A DNA stretch of 64,000 nucleotides from IMG/VR virus record IMGVR_UViG_3300045988_052780; one strand, written 5' to 3'. The stretch comes from a virus. Numbering within the stretch: position 1 is the first letter of the stretch; each line of letters opens with the position of its first letter. The position numbers and the translations under genes were made by a program. The notes beneath the pieces were generated by a model. The model worked only from the letters and a program-made list of their open reading frames with translations. It searched no databases and had not been told where the DNA came from. Shown one piece after another: positions 39,501-50,152 of the stretch.

Positions 39501-42301
39501 CTAATCAATTGATTACTCCTAAATCATTATTGGTGGATATTAGAAACTACCTAACATTTGGTGAGAAGTTTGATGAAGATTTCTTACAGAGACTGTCTGA
39601 TAGTGGTAATGCATATTTAGCTAAGTTAGGATTAGATGTATGGAATAATGGAAGTTTCTATCTTGAAGTTCGTAAAGACGATACTAGTACCACTGGAACA
39701 GATATAGCTAGAGACAAACAAGGTTATGATAAGACTAAAGTAGAGTCTACTGCATTTAATATTGTTTACAGAGTCAGTATAGATGGAGGTAAGGATATTC
39801 AGTTTACTATGGGTAAACTTACTAATCCAGACACTTGGCAGAAATGGGATAAAGCTCATGGTAACAAGTTAGATGCTGCTATATCTAAGTATAGGAAGTG
39901 GTATAAGAACATGCAAGAATGGTCTAATTCTAATCCAACATCTTCTAAATACTTTAAAATCAATAAATCTGACATTACATTCTCTAGGGCAACTAGACTA
40001 AAAGAGGTACCAGGTCAAACTTGGAATCTTAATGAGTTACAAGAAGCCTTTCCTAATGCTCTAATAAGTCCTATGTATGGATATACTGGACAGGGTGGTG
40101 TAGCTATGATCGATAAATCAGTCAGAGGTAAAGGTATAGTATTTGCAACTACTAATAAGCATCTCAAAATAGACGGGGAGAAAGTTACTGAATCAAATCT
40201 AGCAGATATGTATATCAAAATGCAGAAGAAGAGAGCAAGAGCATTTGATGAAGCTAAATCAAGGGGTCTTTCTAATGAAGAGGCAAATGCAGAAGTTGCA
40301 GATAGAGTACCGCCAATCATTAGAGCTATAGTAGCTACCCCTAATGGTTCATTTATAAATGACTACTTTACATTATCATTCAGTGATTTAACTAGTACTG
40401 ACGATGATGGCAAGAGTAAACTTGATATACAGCAGGTTAAGGACTATATAGGTACATATGGAAGTAATACTACAGCGGCTAGAATGTTAGTAGCATTGTG
40501 GAATTATCGAGCCGGACTTAACAACTTCTTAGATGCTTATAAGACATATATGTCTACTAATAATCTGAGTGAAGTAAGGGGACAGACTGAAGTTGATAAG
40601 TTCAATGGACTGCTAGACCAATCTGTAGTTAATGGGGCTAAAAGAGTTCCTTGGAATCCTTCTACTTATAATGGATTTATGTTTAGACTTACTTATGCTG
40701 ATGCTATTAAGGCTAATGCTCCAGGTATGGTAGTTAGACCTATAAATCTTAGTGAGAATGAATGGAAAGAATTCAATGCAGGCAGTAAAGTATCTAGAAA
40801 ACTTACTTATGGAGTATATATAGATCCAGCAGTTGCTAAGGCTCAATATACTATATTAAATGAAATATTTGATGTTTTAGGTAAATACATTTCACTTCCT
40901 AAGGATACTAATTTCACAATTAGAACAGAAGGAAGAAATATGGATAATATCCTAGAGCAACTTATATCTGATAATGGAGAGATAGAATTCAGTGATGGAG
41001 TAAGAACTGTCAAACATGCAGCCTCAGCTTTAGGAAATATGGGAGGATCTTTTAAAGTTGTTAGTTTGCTATCCTCTATCTATAAGATGTACACTAAAGG
41101 TTATAAAGCAGGTGATGCTTATTCATTTACTGCAAAAGGACCGGATGGTAAACCTATAGAAACTAGACTAGAAGCAACTAATGTTCGCATAGGTGAAGCT
41201 GTCAGAGATGCAGGTAGGACCAGTGCTTTTTCTGTACTTAATAATATGTTCAATGTTATATTACATGGCACTCCAACTATTAAGGAAGGTGCTCCTACTA
41301 CAACATATGCTCCATTTATAGATGGAATATTCTATACTCCAAGATTTCAGACTTCTCATGACAGTCAACCCTCAGATTTCTATCCCACTAGAAATAACTT
41401 AGATCAGTTCCATATAGATGTAGCTATAGAAAGTCCTAATTTCGAAATTACTATAGACCCTACTGGTTTAAAAGAAGTAGAATTTAAGGATGATATATTA
41501 CATGCTAAGAGAGACGAATTTAACTCCAGAATGAATTTGTCAACTATGGGAGCTCTGTCTAATGTAAGTGGATATGAATCCTTACAGGATTTAGCTGACA
41601 GAGCTAAATCTAGATATGAGACTGAAGGGGATGCTGCTATTAATGATATCATTAAAGAGTATAGTAGCTCAGTAGCTGTCAAGCTTTCTGATGCAGTTAA
41701 TAATAGACAATTAAAGATGAATAATGACACTGTATTAAGTATTTATACTACAGTTCTTGACACTGGACTATTAACTATAAATAGTTATTCTACCCTGTTA
41801 GATGAAATAAATAAGAAGAGTCCCTCTGTACTACCTAAGAAAGTAGATGGTTCTATTGATAATTCTGCAATTCAGAATGTTGAATATAATGGTAGTAATC
41901 TAGAGGAATTTACAGTAACTTTGCAGGGAGGACAAACAATAAAAGGTTCTATTCTCGATGGTAAAGTAGAAATTGCAGATACAACTATGTATGAAATTCC
42001 ATTTGATCCAACTAGAGAACAGAAGTTAAAGATATTCGCAGATACACTTAACGATTTTGATAATCTTAGGGAATCTGAAATTGCTGACTTAATTAACACA
42101 TTAATGTCTCTATCATCAGTAACTCCAGAGCAGGCTCAGGCTATATTGGATAAAGCCAAACTAGTTGACAGCCATTTTGAAGGATTATTGACTGATGAGC
42201 AGTTAGACAATGATGATTTAATTGACGTGCAAGAATACATATCTTCTTTAGCTTCCAATAAGAACATTATTGATAGTCAAGGATGTAAATTTAATATCTA
42301 A
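33518..42301 (+). CDS. Giant virion/cargo protein (2927 aa) containing an SF1B (RecD/Pif1/Dda-like) helicase core
   Basis: Uninterrupted 8.8-kb ORF. Ordered helicase motifs lie at about residues 1495-1850. They are Walker A NGIGGAGKTAVIAKL (nt ~38015), Walker B/motif II RLLFIDEATWV (nt ~38355), motif III IILLGDLNQNG (nt ~38450), motif V VYTPKSVQGSEAAHFIIDVD (nt ~38890) and motif VI FYTMMSRSKEGTYII (nt ~39000). Their order and spacing are typical of SF1 helicases. Confidence 0.6.
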   Translation: MNNVKKPNDWFIAQIDNPSFTPGNFRDVGLTADNTGLLDRNTYKNSKYVQDKFKDDEGKFDEVSFNKVYDAAAQTYQKFANDEFEESIMDDADWDPYSQLRPEDGKVRDINFNVTKVLNPDRLKTGVSQIGRTDNREWTASELAQTQKVYDYKTGKYKEYTPNDNILFGNPVGFLASLGEPLVLAQWDEDGEHTDPFTGRVVKHNKGDLKYNDEGTYYYETLGGREAYGRKFKSAFDSFTVDGSAANKYDFFDSDGLDKSVTGTVMKTVAAIAPLFVPYVNTVYGGAMIGAQLMDILPTIYKSTIGLNQDTPTANLLQGIGRTFKGSKSEYSQQNLISTENFFDLVTDVALQWAQQRTIFQGIHKLLGTEAKQRAALAKAGEEAAEILLKNPEKYKNVAGSVIEMNQLKAAKAFETILKRNNRMAANTALGYMAMMQGLETFEDAIGQGATRAEAAAIAWGAVAGMYAVDRTGLGEIFFPELKTSVPAYRQAIKEVAEEVNKGFQTLAKSNIPQPKKLAKFFDTAKKKSSDYWSDVRNHTTGFAQKMLTEGLEEMSEEAVVDLAKATFNWAQEMGFTESKNKLNAGENAFERYGMSFFGGAIGGAIFHGVDVVNNHRATNEQTNQELIYLIRNGRTNELIEELNNLKKKGKLGNKNLSATKTEDTKEGTVWTSPTSGADNQNEAVYNLTKSYFQHLDAVINQEGMGLSDEQLLDKMVMSDVRMKALASIEVSDGQKFGKAILNGYNGKMLQDFNTLTSKIVEKRNEIADLEHKTNDTDKKGSVYQADLQRLQQEYSDLQLQKQKFLDGSFSEYYTDQMLFAIDNLANHQYYAATFKDFAEFDTKQNFQDLSEEQIESLKPKYEAYLKQDKMEALDAAYGIYKKVNKEFSNKLQEGSISVDEYYKFRKEVFSTMIDLKATIDRLNLEDVTEQELQSRFGVDRNIDWVLNKKFTRQVFDRKDNESDEEAEARLQQTELYNQEVLGRVQGVIQMAQGYGFMDAETKDLLLSVLGDKISNERAVMTVLGNMFANGIISRNVDASGNLLPDPLMDKLIETLEKVNGENLEDINKEIHDVINSEEYKKQLVNATLDYFDAIGEYYESEDADNVMKYTEERINNMEKIYQDAAKEINNEVLANPYNATVLQLRSDVLKLKTSPVYDYLQDFTRTVFGSTSNIIDLIENEQRRFEAAPTISDYVLDGNKEKEIEDAITAINMLKSVIYSSSTADLDIDRPFGHNALMNHFLETYFPKEEKYGVIRDDVAAMMNIELDKIINQLLFLTDLSIMNGVNQFSKHARTGQKISKLLYDVLRGNGKYGFLKDLEYNGTKLFAGLDEISTPTLDNIDEAAYDNPAISVELANLQNKLYDTFHKIVSESGESVSTVLKAMFSNLGAKFNMSSLVNQNNTRFSPETEYIEDFDIYMWLHATLAFKKSDFDYYLRETLADSEATYAPLFAQEYAAYMSTAMAVNPEVMNAAIDNIDVPKGQPGSELLKYFNTVMVNGIGGAGKTAVIAKLVQGIVTKINPNSTVWKVGPSEQQVNNLVSSLGSDGKSFTVEGLMRHVLGDETYGELSKDINSSNTESKLYDLVEFNELKQGYTVAVAKSDIEYSDNATPRLLFIDEATWVNSVYMQFLSDWASKNGVTIILLGDLNQNGYENVETSIYNVKPTEALTVRTPKLDISLRITNVQKDDNNKQVNAILSRINFNKDNVTADNDAEVRDRIFNEITSNLILKHYQDDDNPLNGEKIVNEISEEDIKALLEADGEIGYVYDNENSPTYQLIQRMNDSRIKVYTPKSVQGSEAAHFIIDVDFAKYDSTDWADLINFAKSFYTMMSRSKEGTYIINNGLSAYVKEKNLIKEDRTSVTPSQERIINTFKEIRMAALDSELEGYTPSPINSEETSQSPEPAAKAAPYTPKSPSKPKGDNPIENELLGNLDGKKTTVLDSEIEGVMSGIRAYGWYMRYGMLENEDGTFDRVVKDDIIDDLNVFTKNGIHYTANQLITPKSLLVDIRNYLTFGEKFDEDFLQRLSDSGNAYLAKLGLDVWNNGSFYLEVRKDDTSTTGTDIARDKQGYDKTKVESTAFNIVYRVSIDGGKDIQFTMGKLTNPDTWQKWDKAHGNKLDAAISKYRKWYKNMQEWSNSNPTSSKYFKINKSDITFSRATRLKEVPGQTWNLNELQEAFPNALISPMYGYTGQGGVAMIDKSVRGKGIVFATTNKHLKIDGEKVTESNLADMYIKMQKKRARAFDEAKSRGLSNEEANAEVADRVPPIIRAIVATPNGSFINDYFTLSFSDLTSTDDDGKSKLDIQQVKDYIGTYGSNTTAARMLVALWNYRAGLNNFLDAYKTYMSTNNLSEVRGQTEVDKFNGLLDQSVVNGAKRVPWNPSTYNGFMFRLTYADAIKANAPGMVVRPINLSENEWKEFNAGSKVSRKLTYGVYIDPAVAKAQYTILNEIFDVLGKYISLPKDTNFTIRTEGRNMDNILEQLISDNGEIEFSDGVRTVKHAASALGNMGGSFKVVSLLSSIYKMYTKGYKAGDAYSFTAKGPDGKPIETRLEATNVRIGEAVRDAGRTSAFSVLNNMFNVILHGTPTIKEGAPTTTYAPFIDGIFYTPRFQTSHDSQPSDFYPTRNNLDQFHIDVAIESPNFEITIDPTGLKEVEFKDDILHAKRDEFNSRMNLSTMGALSNVSGYESLQDLADRAKSRYETEGDAAINDIIKEYSSSVAVKLSDAVNNRQLKMNNDTVLSIYTTVLDTGLLTINSYSTLLDEINKKSPSVLPKKVDGSIDNSAIQNVEYNGSNLEEFTVTLQGGQTIKGSILDGKVEIADTTMYEIPFDPTREQKLKIFADTLNDFDNLRESEIADLINTLMSLSSVTPEQAQAILDKAKLVDSHFEGLLTDEQLDNDDLIDVQEYISSLASNKNIIDSQGCKFNI

Positions 42302-42307
42302 TAAGAA

Positions 42308-45300
42308 ATGGCATGTACTAACTTTGACATAGGGCAACACAGACTTGATGCTGAGGTTGCTCTAAGAAGTACAGTATTAAAGTTTAGGAAAGAGCCAGTA
42401 ATATCTACTGCTAATTTCATAGACGACTTCTACAACAGTTTGAAGAATACTGGACTATTTAACCTGGAGAGCGAGGCAGAATATGTCTCGCTTTCTGAGG
42501 TTCTAGAAGATTTTGTTAAAACATCCAGAAGATTAACAGATGCACAGAAGGAACAATTATTAGCTGAATATGCTGTACCGTTAAGTTCCAAATTCAGTAT
42601 TAATCCGGAAACCTCTACAGTAGAGGAAGTTGACAAGAGTCTTGTCATTAAAGACGAACCTGAGGACATTCAAGTAATTGAAGAACCATTGGAGAGAAGA
42701 GTTGCAACTCCATCCATTAGTGATATTTACGGTTCTGCTTCTGTAGTTAAGGAGTATATGCTGAATCAGTTTAGGTATAATATTATAGAAGCATCATTAG
42801 TTAATTTTGCCGACGGTAGACTTATTAAGAGCAATGATGATTTAAATGTTTATATTGCTAAATACAAGAATACCTTATTTAAGAAATTAGTCGACTATAT
42901 TAAATTAGCTAATTCTGAAGAAGGTATAGAAACTGATGCATCTATACTAGATACTATTTACCTAGATGGAATTCCTAATGTAGAGAATATGCAGAAGGTT
43001 CTGGATGCCGCTTCTAGTATATTTGAAAACATATCTAAATCTGCGTTAGACAGTGCATTCGTATCTAAGAAGAGAAACATAGAAGGATTCTATAAGAATC
43101 AGATGTTAGTGGATGGATTCAATGCATGGGCTGTTCTATCTAACGGTAACTTCGATACTATTCTTAAAAGCTTATTCGGAAAGAATATGGAAATTAGGAA
43201 TAGGGGATATGTAGGAATAGAACTACCTGTGAGCACTAATAAATACCAATTTAGATCTGGTTCTAATATGGTTAAAACATGGAGAACTAATGAGAATGTA
43301 GATGCATTATCTGAAATAGGTAATGTGTCTAGATTACTTATTGAACAAACTCCTGTAATTAATCATGTTACTGGAGAGCAGATAGGTGACAAGTATTTAA
43401 ATTTGAAACAATTCGTTCACTCTTTTAGCAAGATTAAAGACGAATACAACTTTATGTTCTTTGGGGAGAGACTACAGGATTTAGTTTTAAATTTACATTC
43501 CGCCCCTAATTATTACTTAGGAGAAATTCTTAAGGAAATATTAAATAGTGATACTAGGTCTAAGGTATTCCAAGTAAACGATCTTAACGTATTTAAATCT
43601 ATCTATGATAAGTTCTATAACAAAGATAAATTCAACTCTTTATATAATATTGCAAATAGAGACTATCTTACTTCTAAAGCTATCACTACTTACGATTTGT
43701 TAGATTCTATATCTGGAGTTGTAGATAGAACTAACAATGCCAGATATGTAGAATATGCTCTTAATAGTGATACTAGAGATTTGGATAGTTCTGAAATTAA
43801 GCAATCTAATGTAAATAGACGTAAAATACAGAGAGAGAATGATATTGATATTGCTAACGAACTTATGGCAGATAGAACTGGCCTATTAAATAGGTGGGGA
43901 ATATCTGTTAGTAACGCTACTACTGGCGACGTCTCTTTTACTTTACCATATAAAGGAGAAAAGGTTACTGTAATTTATAACAGCAATGCAGTTAGTAGTA
44001 AAGGACAAAGAAAGCTTGAATTATCAAACTCTGATATCGTTAAATTTGGAAGGCTAAATACTATATTAGAAGAACCTTCATTTACTAAGTTAAAAGCTAT
44101 ATATGAAGAGAACAATCCACAGGTACTTACTGATGGAGAAAGATTATATGTATCTTTAATAGAATTTATAGATGACTTTGCTAATACAGGATTCTTAAGA
44201 GGTAATGTAGATTTACTAGCTGCATTTAGAAATGTAAATGAAGCTAATAATCTTGATTATCTTGATAAATTAGTAGCTGTTGCAAGCAGTTCTGCATTTG
44301 TTAATACAGTATATGATGGATATGAAAATAATCCTGAGAATTTATCATTACGTTCGTATATAGAAACTCTGAACTATTACAATGAGAAGTTAGGAGATAA
44401 TAATGAAAGGTTCTACTACGATAAAGCCTCAAACTCATTAAAGGCTATTAGACCTAATTTAATTAATATACTTAATGATATTGTAGCAGCTGAACAGGTA
44501 GTAACTGGAGAAATATATAAGTCAGTTATTAAGAATGCTGAAGGTAATAATATACCTAACAGCAGGATTGCTAACTTAGCTGGACTGACTAGGAGCTACG
44601 TTAAAAAGCATATACTTGATAATCCTAGTTCTGCTTTAAAGAATACGCTATTTGGACGAAATCCTAATATGCTAATGGGAACTTCCATAAAAACTGATGT
44701 AGTTAGTAGAAATGGAATAAAGAAGAGTGCTACTAAGTTCTCGGTTGCAGAAATAGGATATTCTTCGTTAGTATATGACTTCTATGGAAACTTATTAAGA
44801 CCAAAGAATGGCAATGCACCTGTAACTATCAATGTACAACCTACTGTATATTCCGATAAGGGAACATTTGTAATGTGGAAGCTTGGTGTAGATAAGATAG
44901 ATGTACTTGATGAGAATGGTAAGCCATTACTTATTAATTTACTTACTTCACCTACTAAAGACATTATTAGTGCTATCAAAGGAACTGTAGGAACTTACTA
45001 TAAGGAAGTATTCAATAATGTATTGGGTGACTATAAAGAAGTATACAGACAATCTTTAGAGACATACTTACAAAGATTGCAGGCTATTAATCCTGAGGCT
45101 GCAAACAGAATACTATCTAAACAGAGTAAAGTAGATGCTGAGAATGCTAAAATAGCTAAACATAATGAATCTCTAGATTCAGAAAGAAACAGACTGTTAC
45201 AAGCATTAGATGCAGCACAAGCAGCTGGTGATTTTATGGATGCTAGTAGCATAGTAGATGCTTTAGACTCTCTTGATATTAAAGAACCAGTTTCATTAGT

Positions 45301-48300
45301 AGATGTACTTGACTACCAAGACTTTACTAATTTATTAGCAGTTACTACATCAGGTGAGTACACTAATATGTCTTATGCTGCTGGAGTCCCTAATATTGAT
45401 AACGTTCACACTAATACAGGAGGGTCATTTGAACTCAATGGCAAAACTAAGAAAGGCCTGATTCCTAATAAACTTTTAAACTTCCTTGCTACAGAAATGT
45501 ATGCTAAAGAGGATGTGTTTAACAAAGCTATGCTTAGAGAACGTAAGAAGTTTGTTAAGGACATGATTGACAATAATATGTCATTCCCTTTAGTATATGC
45601 CAACGGACGTAGTAATACAGTTCTTAGAAAGGCTGCGGATAAGTTATTAGGAGCTGATAAAAGACTATGGGTAAATGAGAATACTCAAGAACTTATATTA
45701 GCTAAACAGGGTAATACTAATATTACTAGACTATCTGATTTAGATAGTAATTGGTTAAGAGATGATGTAGAAATTACTCTAAATCCTCTAATTGAAAGGT
45801 ACTTTGTAGCTGATTTCTTAACATCAGAGAACCTTAGACTAGTAACTACTGGTAGTAGCATTGCACATCCAAATAAAGCTAAATATGGTAGTTTAGATCC
45901 TGACTCATTTAACGGAATAGAAATGGAACACTCTTCTAGAGAACTTGCTGAGTTAAAACGTAATGTGATTGTACCAGCTACATTACAGTATCTACATCAG
46001 AATAGTTTGACTGGAGTACCACCCTGGTATAGAATAGCTGTAATGAGTGATGTCGGAGCTCCTGTATATAACTTTAAAGGTGAAATTGCAGAAGTGGATG
46101 CACATGACGGTTCTGCATGGTGTAATCCTATTATGTCTTATTTGGAGAACTTATCATTACAAGATTCATCTGTAGGAGAAGATAAGAAACCTATTGGACA
46201 TGATTATAATGGAAGATATGGTACAGCAGCTTTATTAAAGTTTGCTACCTTCTCTGCTTACAATGAAAGGCTTCGTCAATCATTAACATCAGACATTAAA
46301 TTATATAATTTATTCAAGAAGATGTCTGATTTTAAATGGAGTGAATCAACAGCTGATTGGGATGTTCCTGCTAATGTAGACCTTACTGTAAATTTATTTG
46401 GTCAGCCAATGACTCTAAGAGATGTCACTGGAGGTGATAGAATATTTTACAGAGACGGTAACAATCATTATGAGATACTAGGACTAGACAAAGTAGGAAA
46501 TGGACTGTATAATATTAGTAAGCAGTTGGTAGATATAAATGGAAATCCAATACAAGCAGTAGGTGCCGCTAATGTATTAATTGATACTAACGTTCCAATT
46601 AATTCTTTATTTGAATTACATGCTGCTTTAGGAGGAGTTTATAGTGAATCACTTAGAGATGGAGAACTTGCATATAGCGATGCTTCATTAGCCGTAACTG
46701 CTACTTATGTTAATAATATAGGACAGTATAAAGCCAATGGAGACATACCTACTCAACGCAATACCAACCAGCCACTCAAATATAAAATGATTGCTTACTT
46801 AGTTAATAAGTCTGCAATCAAAGTGGGAGCTCAAAATATAAATCCAGATAGCTCTTGGTATGATGATTCTCCATTAATGACAATGCACTTTAATACTGAT
46901 GGCTTAGGTATGCAGATGGATGCTGACCACGTAGTTACCGACCCAGAACATCAGTCAACAATGACCGAGTTCTCTCAGGTAATTTCAGCTCTTGAATCTA
47001 TGGGATTTACTCATGATATGGCTAAGAATGCATATAAAAGCTTAGGTAAAGTTGCATTAGCTTCTATAGGTAATATTAAAGAAGCTGTATATGTTCTTAC
47101 TGGAATAAAACCTACTGATAATCCTGATGTTAAATCAGACTTGTATGAGATATTTGGTAAAGCTATTATTAAGGAATTAAATAAGAACAGCGATGAATTA
47201 GGAACTGCCAAAACTATCATTCAGAAAGCTAAGGAGGAGTTTGCTTTAGATAGGAAACGTAGAACTTCACATGGAGCTGACGCTTATAAGATTCCTTATA
47301 GTGATCCTTCTATATTTGCTAAGGCTTTATCTACATTTACGTCCAACATCAATAAGACTGCTATTAAAAGAAAGTTCCCAGGTATGGGTGCTGTTATGGC
47401 TCCTGGATATAATATCATACAGGTACATAGAATTGGAGGGCAGAATTATAGATATGACGATTTATATCGAATTGCAGCTGATGAAGGAATATCAGTAGAT
47501 GAATACTTACAAAGAGAGCAGGCTAAAATTGAATCTGAACCAGCTAATTCTATTGATAGATTACTACCTGGAGATAGAATTAAAATACCTATCCAAGAAG
47601 TGGCTAGTGTAGTTGCCAAGATTAATAGTGACGCTACTAGAAATAAAAAGTTTGCCGAATTAGAAGTTGGCAAGTATACTAGACTAGTAGATCAAGCTAA
47701 TAGAGGAGACGGTGAAGGGGTTGAACTATCTAAGGCTCAAGATAACCTTAATAAGGCACTGTCTAAGTTAGAGAGACTAAATAGAGATATAGCATTAACT
47801 GTACCTCAGTTCTTGGAAGATAATGGATGGAAACTCGAAGGAGAGTATATGTTAGTATATGTAAACGATTATGATTCTTATAATTTCGTCAAGAAGAATT
47901 TCTCTACATTTTATACTGACATTACTAGACCTACAGACTTGAAACCTGCCGAAATATACTGGGATGATGCAACTGGCAAGAGACATAGTATATTCGATAT
48001 GCCAGCAATACAAGCATCGTTTACTGAACGTAAGAAGTATAAGAAGCTTCCTAAAGAAATAGGAGCTAAATTACAGGCTGATGTTCAGAATACATTCATG
48101 TTGCTAGATAAAGGGTATATGACTGCTACTGAAGATATGTTATTGGAATATAATCAAGATCCAGTAGCATTTAGCAAGAAATACGTTCCGGAAGGTAGAT
48201 ACTTAATGGAACTGCCTAATGGTAATATAGCTATTCCAATTCAAAATCTAGTTAATAATCCTGCTGAATTAGTAATTAGTAAGTTATATGTTAATCAATT

Positions 48301-49078
48301 TAATTTAGGTCCTAATGATAGTATTAATGATGTACTTACACAAGGATACCAATTCTTCGTTAATAAGTATGATAAATATCATACTCCTAAAACTAAATTA
48401 TTTGATATAGCATTTACTAGAGGAAGTGGTAAACACGTATATATTGCATTTAATACATCTACTACTATCATAGATAAGCTATCAGCTAATAAAACTCTTA
48501 CTGACGATGACTTCATGAGAGTTGGAGATAGTATCTTTAGAATAGATAAAGATGGCAATAAATTATATGAAAGCGGATATTACGATGCTGAAGGTAATTA
48601 TCATGAGTTGGTAACATCCTATAATGCGATTGATGGTAATTCTGTTGAAGAAGTTTTAGTTGTTAGTACTCCCGATAATGTAATGGATATTTATAAAACT
48701 GACGATTTTGATTCCATTAAAATTAGTCAATATATTAAAGACAAGGCAACATTACAAGGAGTTATAGAACAGGGTAAGGACAGAAGTGACAGATTATTGA
48801 AAGGATTATATGACACATATACTAAAGCATTAGTTAAAGATGATTTTAGCGTATCTAAAATAGCTTATGAACTAGAGGCTTTAGAGAAATCTAGAAAGAT
48901 TACTGCTGCTAAGAAGAAGTTTGTATCATTCCAGAAATCTCTTGAATTTACTGTAGCTCGTATTCCGGCACAGACTATGCAATCATTTATGAAGATGAAA
49001 GCAGTAGCATTTAATGATTCTGATAAGAATGTGGTACATGTATCTCACTGGCAAACTTGGCTACAGGGAAGTGACTAT
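42308..49078 (+). CDS. Exon 1 (2257 codons) of an intron-split giant gene, a candidate virion-packaged RNA polymerase/cargo protein
   Basis: The ORF runs from the ATG at 42308. The in-frame TGA at 49079-49081 is the first triplet of the group I intron. The last exon nucleotides AGUGACUAU (49070-78) base-pair with the intron guide sequence GUAGUCACU (49121-29), ending in the canonical U.G pair. The position matches where crAss-like virion RNAP genes lie, as the last giant genes of the virion strand. Confidence 0.55.
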
Positions 49079-50152
49079 TGACCTAATTTTAACTGTTTAG
49101 TTAGGTGACATATTAATATTGTAGTCACTATAATAAATCTCGTGAATTGACGGGGAACTCCTTAGAGCTTAACCTACTAAACTAGAGTAGTAATACATCT
49201 AGTGGCGGCAATTAACTATTGTTGGTAAAGTAAAAAAGGTTAAGATTGGACAATCCGCAGCTAAGCATCCTAGATAAATATTTGGATAATAAGACTAGTT
49301 AATTGACAAAAGTTTTAATATCTTTGTGTTTATAAGGATGAAAGTTCATCGACTATCCCGTAAGGGAGTAGGAACTTTTATCTAATGTTTAACTCAAAAT
49401 ATTAGGTAAATGGCTAGAAGAATAACAAAGAAACTTAGTAAAGAACAAAAGAGCCTACTTATAGGCCTTCTTTTAGGAGATGGAACAATATCTAGTAATT
49501 ATGTATTCAAGCTAAGTCATTCTGAAGCTCAAAGAGAGTTTCTAGAATGGAAGATAGACTTATTAAACAAGTTTGGGTTTAAGAACAATGGTGTTAAGGA
49601 GTATATATCAACATGTGGATATAATAAAGGAAACAAAGTTTTATACTCTCAGATGTCACTTAACCCAACTATAAAAGCCTTAAGGAGAACAGTCTATACT
49701 CCTAAGAAACATATTACTAGAAGATTATTGAATTGGCTTACCCCTATCGGGTTAGCTATATGGTATATGGATGATGGTTGTATAAACGTAAATACTTCAA
49801 AACAGCGTAGCTCAATACAACATACAATCAAAATAGCTACGTGTGTTGATTTAGATACAGCTCAAGTAGTAATTGATTATTTCAAAGAAGTTTGGGATGT
49901 GCAATTTAGACCTTTTAAAGAAGGAAAGGGAACTTATTCTATTGCTAGTTCCACTGAATCTGATTGTGCAGCGTTCATACAAATTATACGTCCATATATA
50001 GAACAGGTTCCATCATTACTCTATAAAATTAGAGATAACTTTACTAAAGAAGAATTTATAGCACAGCAGAAAGCTGGTTCCGAAGTGCGAGACACTCTAG
50101 AGATAGAGTGATGATATAGTCAGTCTCATATTGAAAGGTATGAGGTTAAACG
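49079..50152 (+). mobile_element. Group I self-splicing intron carrying a LAGLIDADG homing endonuclease ORF
   Basis: P1 is 9 bp, pairing exon 49070-78 with 49121-29 and ending in U.G. P10 is 10 bp, pairing the 3' exon GAUAUUGAUA (50153-62) with the adjacent guide segment UAUUAAUAUU (49111-20). The terminal nucleotide 50152 is G. Core elements are readable: P ~49201-10 (AGUGGCGGCA), Q 49252-70 (AAUCCGCAGCUAAGCAUCC, close to the consensus Q), R 49344-56 (GUUCAUCGACUAU) and S 50113-25 (GAUAUAGUCAGUC). R and S form P7 as GACUAU with AUAGUC. The endonuclease ORF sits between R and S in a peripheral loop. Confidence 0.75.
49410..50111 (+). CDS. LAGLIDADG homing endonuclease (single-chain, two motifs)
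   Basis: Motif 1 is SLLIGLLLGDGTISS and motif 2 is IGLAIWYMDDGCINV. Each is a LAGLIDADG variant with the catalytic acidic residue followed by Gly. The ORF lies entirely inside the group I intron. Confidence 0.8.
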   Translation: MARRITKKLSKEQKSLLIGLLLGDGTISSNYVFKLSHSEAQREFLEWKIDLLNKFGFKNNGVKEYISTCGYNKGNKVLYSQMSLNPTIKALRRTVYTPKKHITRRLLNWLTPIGLAIWYMDDGCINVNTSKQRSSIQHTIKIATCVDLDTAQVVIDYFKEVWDVQFRPFKEGKGTYSIASSTESDCAAFIQIIRPYIEQVPSLLYKIRDNFTKEEFIAQQKAGSEVRDTLEIE